DNA from: Thelocarpon superellum
Taxonomy: Eukaryota
Direction of reading: 5' to 3'
DNA: 63,067 nt
Assembly: GCA_026025795.1 (NCBI GenBank)
Contig: JAPEUG010000060.1
Location: 1-63,067 of the forward strand
The position numbers and the translations under genes were made by a program. The notes beneath the pieces were generated by a model. It was not told the origin of the DNA. It did not search any database and worked only from the letters and a program-made list of their open reading frames with translations. Below, piece after piece: positions 51,720-63,067 of this stretch. How positions within the stretch are numbered: the first letter of the stretch is position 1; every line of letters starts with the position of its first letter.

Positions 51720-54700
51720 ATGACCAGCATCTCTCAGCCTCCGACACTCCCACCACAGGCCGCCAATCCCTCCAGCACGTCGCCGGCCGGCACTTCCGCG
51801 CCGTCGCCCCCCGCCGCCGCGACGGCTCGCTCCTACGCCAACGCCGCCACCAAGAAGCAAGCCTCGCCGGCCATCGCCTCGGGCTCGACGGCGTCCGCGC
51901 CCTCGCCGCCCGTCGCCGTGGGCATTCCCTCGGCCACGCACCATGCCACGTCGTCCTCCGTCTCCCCTGTGAACGGCAACGGGAAGACCGCTGGCCTGTC
52001 CGCTGCCACCCCGGGCGCCGTGGTCCACGGCAGTAATGTGGTGAACGGCGTCGCGCCCTCTGGTCCCAGTGCGCACAGTCGCAAGTCCTCCGTGACCATC
52101 AGTGCCGCCGGTGCGACGGGCCATCTGCCCAACGGTGGCCCGGTTGTAGGTCCGCCCGCCCGTACCAACAGCATCCAGTTCGGATCGATCAATGCTGGCG
52201 GATCGCCTGCCGCCGCCCACACCACCCTCCCGGCCAACCATCTCACCCCCGCGGTGCCCGTTGCCACCCCGCACAATCCGCGCGTCATCTCGCCCCAGTC
52301 CTCGCCCTCGCCCATTCCACAGCCGCCGGCGAGCGGCGGCCGGCCCCCGTCAGGACTGCCTGGGCACGCCAACGCCATGAGCTTTGGGAGCCTTGGTGGA
52401 GACGGTGCAGACGGAACCGTGAGTGATGGCGCGGCTCGCCCCGGTCTCTCTGGAACTGACACCGGCGGCCAGCACCCGCGACCGATGCGTCCGGTCTCGA
52501 TGCCCCCCCAAGGCCCGCAAGGCCCGCTGAATCTCGGACCCCAGCCGAGCCATCTGCGTCGCGAGTCCTCGCAGTCCACCCATAGCGACGCGAGCAATGT
52601 CGGCATCGCCGCCGGTCAAGGCCCCGCCCGCCCCGGCTTCGCGCCGCCGGCTGGCCGCGGCCGTGGCTACGGTCAAGGCTACCCTCAGCACGGACAGGTG
52701 CCCTACCCCCCTGGGCCGGGCTACCGGGGTCCCCCCAATCAGCCGCGCGGTAACCTAGGCCCGCAATTCCAGGGTCAGGGCGGGCCGATGGGTCCGTACC
52801 CCAGTTCCCCTCACCGTGGCACCCGCAGCCCACACCTGACCCACTCCGTCCCGGGCACGCCCCAGATGCAACAGGTGCCCATGGCCAACTCACAGATGCA
52901 GGCCCAGCACTATGGCTATCCTCCGAACATGGGGCCTCCTCAAGTAAACCCATCCCCTTCTTTTGAACATCGTCATCATCATGATCTTTCTCCACCGCAG
53001 ACTCCTCACCTGTCATCACATCCGCCGCTGTGGCCCGCACCCGATCTGGCGCCTGAACATGGTCTCATGGAACAATTTCTAATCGCGCGGGACATGCAGG
53101 CTCAGTACCAATACGACGCCGCCGCGTACGCGGGCGCACCCTACCCCGCCCAGCCATACATGTATCCGCCCAACATGTACCTCGGTGGGCCGCCTCCGAG
53201 CTCGCCGCGCCCGCCACACCAGCAGCACGGCTACGCGGGAGGGCAGCCTCCGTATGTCGTCGGCCAATACAACAACGCGCCGCAGCCGCAGCCCATGTCG
53301 CGCACGTCGTCCGCCGTGTCCGAGCAGCGGCCCAGCCATCCGCCCACGCCCTCGATGACCCCTGCGGTAAGTCAAGCACATCCTGCCGGTGCCGGCCGCG
53401 ATAGCCCTGCGCCGGCCTCGACGACGTCGTCCAACTTCGTGCGACCCGCTCGCAAGAGCGCGGGCATCGTCATCAAGGACCCCAAGAGCGGCGCCATCAT
53501 CAAGAACTTCGACAAGGGTCCGCCCTCACCCGCACCCATCTCACGATCACCTGCGATCGTGAGCTCGACCCCAACCCCACCGCCGTCTAAGCCCGCCGAC
53601 GTGCAACACACGCGGACGGAGAGCAAGAGCGTCAAGTCGGTCGAGGAGAAGAAAAATGAGATGAAGGATGCCATCGCCAAGAAGCTCGAAGCGGAGAAGG
53701 CGGCGGAGCGACAGCAGCAGGAGGCCGAGTCGCAGGCCGCCAAGGACAAGGACGACGCGGAGAAGGCCGAAGCCGACGCCGCGGAACGAGTCAAGCAGGA
53801 GGAGGCCGCCGAGCAGAAACGCGCGACCGAGGAGCAGGCCCGACTGGCTGAAGAGCAACGTGAACGCGAGGAGGCCGCACAGAAGATGGAGGCGGACAAA
53901 GCAGCGGCCGTCCAAGCCGAAGCTGATCGGACCCGTGAGGCAGAAGCGGCCAAGGCTGCGTCAGAGGCCGCTGCAACCGCAGAGGCGGCGGCGGCGGCGG
54001 CAGCGGCGGCGGAAGCCGAGCCTGTGCCGGCGGCGACCACGGCCAAGGAGTCCCCCACCCCGGCCAGCCTTAGCGTGGACATTTCCAAGCTGTCCATCGA
54101 CAGCAGCAAGACCGCTCCTCTCGATGATGGCTCACTCTCGGCCAACAAGCCTGTCAGCGCCGGCAAGCGCGATAAGCCCGCTGCCCTCAACCTGACCCCG
54201 CTCAAGACCAACAACGTCGAGCCACCTCAGCCGAGCGCGGCGTTGCAGTCGCTCCGCTCGGCGCGCTTCATCACCCGCATCAGCGAGGTGTCATACCCCA
54301 AGGCCTTTGCCTCACCCAACCCGGCCTTGAACTCGGCAGCGACCAAGGGCAAGTTCAAGTACGACAAGGACTTCTTGCTGCAATTCCAGCCCGTCTTTAC
54401 CGAGAAGCCGTCGCTCGACTGGGAGAATCGGTTGAAGGACACGGTGGGTGACACCATGGACTCGGCGCGGTCACAGTCGGCACGTACGCCCGCCATGGGC
54501 CCGCGGAATCCGTCGGGCCGGGCCGGGCTGGCGACCAACTTCTCCATGGGCAACTTCGGCCAGGGCGCGAATCCACGGCCGGTGCCTGCCACGTCCGCCG
54601 AGCGCTTCGCCGAGGCCAATCGGAGCATGAACCAGCCGCGGGCGACGATGAACAACCCGCTGGCCCAGTTCGCGGGCAAGCCTGGGGGCTTCCCCATGGG

Positions 54701-56534
54701 CGGACCGCCGCCGATGAGCCGCACCAACTCCTCCACGGGGCTGCCGACGCAAGGTAGCGGGCCGCACTCGCCGCGCGCGAGCCAGAACCGCAACTCGCGA
54801 CGGGACAACATGAGCAAGCGCAACAACACGTCGGAGAAGCAGCCGAGACGCGATGACGAGCACACGGCACGGACGATGCCGCTCACGGCAGGTCTCGAGC
54901 TCAAGCCCATCCAGGTGTCGAGCACGGGCTGGAAGCCGCGGAGCCTGGCCGGTGCCGCGAGCGCCACGGGGGCGGCCGGTCCGGCGCCGGGTGCGAGCGC
55001 GAGCGGGCACCTGGATCCGGACACGGTTCAACGCAAGGTCAAGTCGAACCTCAACAAGATGACGCCGGAGAAGTTCGAGAAGATTGCCGACCAGATCCTC
55101 GAGATCGCGGCGCAGTCCAAGGACGAGTCCGACGGTCGCACGCTCCGCCAGGTCATCCAGCTCACGTTCGAGAAGGCGACGGACGAAGCCCACTGGGCGT
55201 CCATGTACGCCAAGTTCTGCAAACGCATGCTGGAGTCGATGAGCACCGACATCAAGGACGAGAGCATCCGCGACAAGAACGGCAACGTCGTGGCCGGCGG
55301 CAACCTCTTCCGCAAGTACCTGCTCAACCGATGTCAAGAGGAGTTTGAGCGCGGCTGGAAGCTGAACCTCGGAGACAAGCCCGAGGGCGAGACGGAAGAA
55401 GCGGCCATGCTATCGGAGGAGTACTACATCGCCGCCACAGCCAAGCGGCGCGGCTTGGGCTTGGTCCAATTCATTGGCGAGCTCTACAAGCTGGGCATGC
55501 TCACGGAGCGCATCATGCACGAGTGCGTCAAGAAGCTCGTCGACTACGAGGGTATTCCCGATGAAGCCGAGGTAGAAAGCTTGACGAAGCTGTTGCGGAC
55601 CATCGGGTCGAACCTCGACAACACCGACAAGGGTCGACCGCTGATGGATGTCTACTTCCAACGCATCCAGGCCATGATGGAGACGCCAGAGTTGCCGAGT
55701 CGCCTCCGATTCATGCTTTTGGTGAGTGGTTCGTAGGATGGTCTGCGTTCCGGGCTAACGGGTCACAGGACATTGTGGATCTACGGAAGAGTCGATGGCA
55801 CTCGAAGGAGGCCAACAAGGGACCACAGACGATTCAAGAGATTCGCGAAGAGGTGAGTGCGGTGGCATGGGACTGGAGCGGATCGCTAACCACGGATAGG
55901 CCCTCCGACAGCAAGCCGAGAAGGAGGCCGAGAAGGCACGACAGCAGAGTCAACGTCATCATGGCGGCGGCGGCGGACGGATGCCCATGGGTCGTGGTGA
56001 TGCGCGATCTATGTCGGGCGGCGGACCGTACAACATGATGCCTCCGCCCGACACCCAGCGAACTACGGTGGGCATGGACGACCTGCGACGGCTGGGTAGC
56101 AAGGCCGGTTCGCGGCAAGCCAGCCAGGGCGGCCCAGTCTCGTTTGGCCCGACGGCGATGTTCAACTCTCGGAGTAGCAGCGGACGAAAGACGCTGGGAC
56201 CGAACAGTGGACTGAATCGGGGGGGGGAAGAATCAGGCGCGTCGTCGCGGACGGGGACGCCTCCGGCTGCCAAGGACAAGGACGCGACGACCCACGCGAA
56301 TGCCTTCAGGTGAGTCCGCCTTGTGACATGGGAGGGGTGAGTATGAGAAGAAGTGGTCTGATCCGTCATAGCGCGCTCGCCGGCTTGGACGCCTCGGGGG
56401 AGCCAACGGGTGCTACATCGCCGCCACCGGACACGTCATCGCCACCTGCCGTCAAGGTCCAGCCGACGACGGGTGATCAGACGGGCCGGATGTCGACGGA
56501 TGGACAAGACGAGCCACGGGCTGGTTCGTCATAG
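51720..56534 (+). CDS. TIF4631: Translation initiation factor eIF4G
   Basis: eIF4E-binding YxxxxL-phi motif (KYDKDFLLQF) and MIF4G domain (VKSNLNKMTPEKF, FEKATDE, FIGELYK, SRLRFML). Introns at ~52419-52472, 52944-53099, ~55722-55768, ~55853-55899, ~56310-56371. Confidence 0.95.
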
Positions 56535-57014
56535 CACGGGGCGGGCGTAATGTGGCGCGGCATGCAACATGCATCATGCAGCGAGGCAGGATCGGATGGG
56601 AAAGGGATGGAAGGGAAAAGGGACCCCTTAGTAGACTACTAATTTGCATATTGGCCTGGACCGTCTTTTTCTTTGTCCTGATCGTCGATGCTCTTCTTTC
56701 TTTCTTCCTTCGGGTGTGTTAACATTGTGGAATCTTGTTTTCCTTGAGACCCTTCTGATTGTTTCTTCCGGTTTGCATTTTCCCTTTATTTTCTCCCGCC
56801 TCATCCTTTCCTACCACGAGAGTTTTCCCCCTGCCCAGTGCGACCACGGAATTGTCGGTGAATATTAGAGTTGCGATCACGGCCGAGTGAGTGGAGTGGT
56901 TGAGTGGTTGCGACGATCACGGCGATTGATGGCTTGATCGAGATGGTACTCGTACCCTTTTTTGTGTTGGCCTCTTTCACCTACCTTTGCTCGGGCCAAA
57001 ATGAAAGACTTGTT

Positions 57015-57090
57015 TGATTGATTGATTGCTTGCGTGCCTGACTGCTTGATTGCTGGTCACTGGTCACTGGTCACTGGTCACTGGTCATTG
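57015..57090. repeat. Short tandem repeats (GATT)n and (CTGGTCA)x5
   Basis: Visible repeats downstream of eIF4G. Confidence 0.85.
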
Positions 57091-58020
57091 ATCGCTTGAT
57101 CGGCTGGTCCCTTTCCAGTTGCTTCTGCTGTATTTGCCTGCGTGCGCGCTCGTCCTCCTTGTTGACTGGTTCATCTGCATCGTCATGCTCGCTCGAGCGA
57201 ACTATACATCTGCTGATGTCAATCGAGTCTTCTCCCATACAATACAAATCATCGATGCAATCAACGTGGATTGAGAGTGAAGTGTTTGTAGTGACGGAGA
57301 ATATTGAGAGAAATGCGGCGGGTTGAAGGGGGCAATCAGAGCCCAAATCAGCAGTCGGTCAAGGGAGGGAAAAGAGAAAATCTCACTCAACCAGGTCCAA
57401 ACGCAGCAGAGGCCGCGAGCAGAGGGAGGTGGGGAGACCAGGATGATGACGAGGACGAGGACGCGACCACGAACACAAAGCAAACACATCTACGTCTGGG
57501 TGTCGAGCTCCGCTGGATTGGATCGGCGGCTGAATATTGTCGTTCAACGTCTATTCTGCAGGTCTCATCCTCTTTTGTCCTCTTACCCGTCCTCCCCTCC
57601 CTCCATCATCATGGATACGTGTGCATGCCACGCCCTCGGATGGCAAGCAGGCACACACGCGTGCGGCGGTAACAGCAGCAACGGCACAAGGAAGAAAAGC
57701 AAGCCGCGAGTTTGTCACGGACGGGGATGAGAGATGATTGCTTATGAACCAAGCCGTATAAAGGGATGACACGCCCGCCCGCCCGCTCGCCCACATTGAC
57801 AGACCTCTTTCAGCTCAGCTCAGCTCATCTCATCTCGTCCGCATTCCCTCTCATCTACGAGGACGGGCAAGACCTCCGACCACCGGAGCGAGCAGCGCAA
57901 CCCCGCGGCCGTGAACCTGTCCCCTTCTTTCCCCCTCTCCTTCCTTTCCGTTCCATCCAGCCCAACCAGGCACGACGCGAGCGAGCACACCAAGTCAGAC
58001 TCATCCCCCGCCGCTGCAAC

Positions 58021-58914
58021 ATGGGCGGCCAATGGATCCGGCCAATCGACAGAGCATCGAGCAGAGGGTGGTGGAACGGACTCAAGGACATAATGACAGG
58101 GCAGGGGCCAGACTACTTTATTGGACCCACTGGACCGCGTCGTCCACCACGTCACCACCACCCATCCTCTCTCTCGTCCACGTCCTCCTCCTCCTCCTCC
58201 TCCTCCTCCCTCTCTTCCTTTTCCGATTCCACGTCGACCTTTCCGTCTTCTTCTTTCTCTGACGGCTGGGGCAATTGGGAAGGACACCACAATTACCACG
58301 GCCACGGCCACCACCACCACTACCACCACGGCGGGGGCAAACGCGGCCCCCAGGTACGCGGCAGCGAATGGGCACGCTTCCCGTCCGCCGAGGAAGAAAA
58401 GTGGACAGCGCTGCAAGACCTGGCCAACTTCGCGCCCGGGCCCTTCTCGCCCTTTGCGGGCGCGAGGATACGGCAGCGCGCGCGCCAGACGATGGCGAGG
58501 CGCGACTGGCCCACCTACGGGCTCGATAGCGCGTTGACGCCCTCGTGGGCGAAGCGGGGCCGGAAGCGCTATGATCCGCACTCGCGCCGGTATCGCAGCT
58601 GGGGCCCCGCGTGGGATGGTGGGCCGGTGTCGGATGGGATGCGTTTGGCGGACGCGGTTGGAGGTGGTGGTGGTGGTGGTGGTGGTGGTGGAGAGTTGAC
58701 GCCTGCTCACGATGCATTGCTGGCTTGGGAGTTTCCGGGCCTGCATCTCGCTGAGGCCAGGCCATGGAAGAGGGGGTTTTGGGATCGAGTTGGGGGTAGT
58801 GAGCATGGGCATCGGCATCGGCATAGTCACGGACTTGGGAATGGCCACGGACTTGGGCTCGGGCATGGATTCGGGCATGGAGATGAGGTCGAGGATTCCG
58901 AGGACGATTTCTGA
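58021..58914 (+). CDS. Orphan low-complexity protein (Ser, His, Gly tracts; ~297 aa)
   Basis: Long uninterrupted ORF, aacATGg start context, TATAAA at ~57758 and a pyrimidine-rich leader. No recognisable domain. Confidence 0.55.
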   Translation: MGGQWIRPIDRASSRGWWNGLKDIMTGQGPDYFIGPTGPRRPPRHHHPSSLSSTSSSSSSSSSLSSFSDSTSTFPSSSFSDGWGNWEGHHNYHGHGHHHHYHHGGGKRGPQVRGSEWARFPSAEEEKWTALQDLANFAPGPFSPFAGARIRQRARQTMARRDWPTYGLDSALTPSWAKRGRKRYDPHSRRYRSWGPAWDGGPVSDGMRLADAVGGGGGGGGGGGELTPAHDALLAWEFPGLHLAEARPWKRGFWDRVGGSEHGHRHRHSHGLGNGHGLGLGHGFGHGDEVEDSEDDF

Positions 58915-59009
58915 GACGAGGAAGACCCTGCGCGAACCATATTGCGATTTTCCTCGTATCATAGATAATAGAACATCCACCCTTTCCAAAGACAAGAGGT
59001 ATAAACACA

Positions 59010-60214
59010 TCAAACACAACTTTCATGCAAAGCATCCCAGTTTTTTTCCGTCTTCCTCTCGCCCGGAGCGTTCTCATCCTCCTTCCTCGCCACAGGCCGC
59101 TGCCGCCTCACCACGGGGAATTGGGGCGTCTTGTCTAGTAGCAGGGAACATTTCGTACATGTCGCGCTTTTGATGTCGTGGTAGGCTGCTATTAGGTTCT
59201 GCAAGGAATGCATCAGCTTCAGCCGGGTGGTGGAAGAGGAAGCGCTGTAAGACTACGGAGGATCCTCACCAGCAAGTAAGCCAAATCGTTCTTCCTGGGC
59301 CGTTGACCAATACTTCTCGTTATGGCCGAATGAAGCTTCATTGTGCCTTTGCAAGTCACGTCGTATGTTTCTCGGGACCTGCCCGGTTCCGGTCGTCGTT
59401 CGATGCTGAATGTGATATTGGCCGGTGTCAGAAGGCGGACCTTCTCATTGTCAGTCAGAGGATTGGCTGGCAGGCTTGATGCCATCGTACCGCAATGGTC
59501 TTCTTCTCGTCATCCGTGTCCATTCGCATTCCCTTGTGATCCTTCCTGAACTCCTCCACGACGGCTTTATCCGCTTCCCAGGTCTCTATTTCCGCGGGAC
59601 CGGCATCTCCGAATTCGTCCACCGTCTCGACCACCTCCAACCCCAGCATCTTATCACCCGCCGCATCTCCCCACTCCAACCAATCCGGGTGCTCATTCAC
59701 CATCCAAGGATGTATCCCGTCCGGCGCCTCCTTCCGACTCGTCGCCGCCTTTTGTAAGATGGTCTTTCTCTTATCATTCTGCATGTACTCAATGAATGAC
59801 TTGACTTTCCCGACGCCTGTATTCGTGGACTTTAGAAAGTCTTGGAAGAGATTCTCAGCTAAAGATACATTGTCAGTTGGTCCATCAGATCAAGCCAACC
59901 CCGGAGAATAGAATGATTTCCACATACGCGATGTAGGTGGAGCCGTCAAGGGTCGAATCATGTCCGGAATCGTCGTTCGTAATCGGCGGACCTGGCATCC
60001 ATCAGCCATCGCGTGCTCGTGGACGAACCACACGTCCACCGGTCACACGTAGGTAATTGAGCAGTGAGAGCCATCAGCATACCTGTATGTGCATCTCCTT
60101 CAATTCCTCCAATGCCGCTTCCAGTCGTCCATCTTCCCATTCTTCGGATTCTGCCCCGTTTGCCGGGTTCGCTATAGCTGTTGCGGTTGTCGTGGTCGCT
60201 CCAGGACTTGCCAT
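59010..60214 (-). CDS. MED27: Mediator complex subunit Med27
   Basis: Spliced ORF MASPG..EEWEDGRLEAALEELKEMHIQ|VRRLRTTIPDMIRPL..PW..EHPDW. C-terminal IAAYHD..CTKC..P..R..W.ALHESC zinc-binding pattern. Four introns. Confidence 0.78.
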
Positions 60215-60800
60215 CTTGAATGCGAGGACCGTGGTAGGGAGGGAGAGGATGTGTAATGTTCATATGTCATTGGACAAGTATGTCGGTGGCGTAACTTGGG
60301 ATAAGTGGGGTGAATGGGGTGAAGCTGTTGGGTGGATGGAACGGATGACGCGGCGTGAGACCAGAGACCCTACACCCCGCTGGGGGATAGGCAGAGTCAC
60401 GTGATTCTATGTAACGTACCACGTGACGTCCCATACGCCATATAGCACGTCTCGCAGGCAGTTAGCAGAGCTCCCGCGTTCAAGTCGTGTTCAACTCGAG
60501 TATGACGACAAAGTCAGGAATAGGTCTTGCTATTGCACCACGGTTTCCTAGCCATTCAACGTTATCTACCGATTGTGCCTAGCTGTATACTTGATTGTCA
60601 TCCGAGCAGTCCACCTACATGATAACCAATTTCATAGGCCCGAATTCAATTCCGCTACAACGTCCCCTCCATCAATTGCAGTGTCGGACGTGCCATCAAA
60701 GTTGGGTTGAACAGACCCTTGGTCATGTTCTGCCTCCACACCTTGCCTCGTTCTTATCCGATTCCCGACCGCCACGACTGGAGCCACAGCGGAGGTGCTT

Positions 60801-61994
60801 CTAATTTTCCGAGGCGCGGTCAAAGGAGGAGAATGCTAGGGAGCATCCGTAGAAGAGGTCCGAGATGTTCAAGACATCCCCGAGCGCCGCGACGAACCCG
60901 ATCTCCGGGGCGGAGTGCTGACGATAAGACGACGCACGAAACACCGACAGATACCACAGGGAGAAGAGAACCGCCTCGCAGGATAACAGGAGGCTTTGCA
61001 GGCCAACGGTGTAGTCATTCGGGCTGAGATTCTGCGGAGGGTGGGATTGGCTCGATTTGGTGAGTATGGCGAAGATGAAGGATTGCAGCACTTCCAGTAT
61101 CACCAGGAGCTTGAACGCGACTAGCTTTTTCACCGCATGATGCGGCTCCAGCTCGGCTTTCATGCGTCGGTGGAAACGCAGGATGGCTATCACAGCCACC
61201 ACCACCACCAGCATAGTGAAGACGCGGATGATTGCTTGTGCTGTCGCGGCCTTGGTTGATGTTCCACAGTACACGCCTAGAGTCACCCAGCTCGCCGTCA
61301 CCAAGATGACCGTCGTCGGCAGGATTTGGTAGACGTGGAGCGATCGAGTCTGGCCGGATCATGTTAGCTATATTGATGCAAGCAAGGACACAATCACAGG
61401 CCGCCGAGGGATGCACCAACCCGAAACCAATCCAGGCTTCCACCACCAGACTTGACGTGCTCGGCAAAGGGCGAGCGGACTCGAAGACCCTCGAAGAACG
61501 CGTCCCGTTGCGGAGCGGATCCCGGTACGATGGAGGCGACGAAGAGCTCGAAGATGGCGCAAATGCCGATGGCTTCGTACAGTTTGATCACGTTGCGGAC
61601 GTAGGGTGCTGCATCATAGAAGATGGCTCCAAGGAGAGAAACGATGCTGCAGATGGCAGGGAGAAGAAGGATGCGGGAGATCCTGTGATCCATCAGCGAC
61701 CAAACACGCACGAGAGCGTCGATGTCGAAGGAGGAGCCACGCTCGTACATTCTCTGCTCAGACGGGACCGTGTATCGAGATAGATGTAGCCCAACTCCGA
61801 TGACACTGAAAAGAGTGGTAACGCCGCAGCAGGCGGCGCAAATTATAATCAAGATGTTATGGAACGTCATACCACCTCTGTTGCTGACGATCACCGTGTC
61901 TGTCTGGGGTGTAAGTCATTGTCAAGGGGGTGCGTGGCGTGTTGAGCCCAACGAAGAACGTACTCAAGAACGCGGGATCTTGACATCCCGACAT
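60801..61994 (-). CDS. Organic solute transporter OST-alpha / TMEM184 (DUF300) family membrane protein
   Basis: LHLSRYTVPSEQR|.SRILLLP, KLYEAIGI..FELF, LGVYC, KKLVAFKLLVIL..LQ, LLSCEAVLFS. Multiple TM segments and introns. Confidence 0.82.
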
Positions 61995-63003
61995 GGCAGC
62001 GCGTCAGCGGAGCGGGCCCGTGAGCGAGGACGCGACGGTCAAAGTCAAAGGAGATAATCCCACGAGCAGAATGAGAGGGACACGACTGATTCTTTGCGAG
62101 CACACAACAGTATTCGAACCGGTCGAGGCCACCTCGATCCCCAGCGTCCCTTTATATGGATTCAAGCTGTAGAAGAGAGGGACTCGTAAAGATGAAGTCC
62201 GGCGCCCGGCGCCCGGCGCGGGAGAGAAGAGGAAATTTCTGAAACCGCCGGGGGAACTGCTGGTAGCCTTCTCACCCATCCAACACCATACAAACGTGCA
62301 GGAGGTTCCTAACCTCATCCAGCGATTCAGAGCGAGCTGAACACCGCTGTCGAGTGAATGGATTCGTCGGGGTGGCCACGAATTGCCACCATCCGCCCCC
62401 AAACCTCTCCCAGCCCTGCTCGAGATGAGCGGGGACCGGATTCATGTAGAGCCTGACCTTGGATCAAGGTGACCAATCCGATTCAACGAGAGTGAGCCAC
62501 ATCTCGGCCAGGCCGGGACCGGCCGCGTCTTGACCTCAGATATTGTTGTCCTTTCCCCTGCTTGGTCATGTCTAGCGGTGGGGCCAAGCAACAACACGAC
62601 GCAAAGACGCGTGGAGATGAACGGGTAAACTCAGCATGCCGAGACGATGAACATCGTTCTGAGCCTCACGAGTGCAGACCTAAGGGCTGGAAGCACGGTG
62701 CAGGGGTCGGTTCCGTTAGACTCGCACTCGCTGTTCGAATTTGGAAAGGCGCCCGTATGAACGGCGGAAGACTCCGTAGGGTCGGGCGGCTGCGCCGGTG
62801 TATTACGTCATCACGTGATCTTCCGTCCCGTCACCGATAGGGTCACCTGTGAGCTGGAGCTGACACGCAAACAGTCCGCTCAGAATGGAGAGCTCCTGCT
62901 GTTAGCCTACTGCTGTTCTTGCTTCAAGGTACACCGTAACTTTCCGTGTCAGGAGCTCGTCTACGAGCCGGATATTATTCATCTCCCAAAATCCACCCAG
63001 ACC

Positions 63004-63067
63004 ATGGCACGGTGAGCCAGCACGGAGCAGGCACGATGTCATATCTACTGCTATACAGGCTCGCTGT
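63004..63067 (+). CDS. Possible 5' end of the next gene (partial)
   Basis: accATGGCACG|GTGAGC..TACAG|GCTCGCTGT gives MARLA.. after a 47-nt candidate intron. TCACGTGA lies upstream at 62811. Confidence 0.3.

Noticed and set aside
60455..60500. tRNA-like GTTCAAGTC T-loop with a nearby GCAGTTAGCAGAGC
   Set aside because: No anticodon arm or acceptor stem can be built, and the spacing is wrong.
63004..63067. ATG GCA CG|GT as the start of histone H3 (MART..)
   Set aside because: After the candidate intron the frame reads MARLA, not MARTK.

Overview
Gene-dense, GC-rich, intron-containing genomic DNA from a filamentous ascomycete (Pezizomycotina-type short GT-AG introns with CTRAY branch points). 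It is not prokaryotic, and I found no CRISPR array, rRNA, tRNA or intact transposon. About 22 protein genes are supported: ATG15 (partial), a KP4-killer-toxin-like secreted protein, a VPS9-domain GEF, an EEP-family hydrolase, an aldo-keto reductase, a divergent DAL5-type MFS/TauD sulfur-scavenging pair, a cytochrome b561 protein, an Nrd1-like RRM protein, a PTS1-bearing C-N hydrolase, eIF3l, RAD26/CSB, YAK1, eIF3c (NIP1), SNF8, RPL7, POL1, eIF4G, MED27, an OST-alpha/TMEM184 protein and several hypotheticals. The most notable signals are: (1) the RPL7 gene, whose 528-nt intron 1 is densely structured, with a long-range 'zipper' stem, competing hairpins and a hairpin-buried internal donor, and whose intron 2 hosts an snR39B-type C/D snoRNA; (2) a divergent KP4-like toxin in a small accessory island next to a 24-bp minisatellite; (3) an in-frame, retainable 156-nt intron and a weak-context AUG in eIF4G. 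All identifications come from motif recognition and manual splicing or base-pairing by eye; no database searches or folding programs were run.
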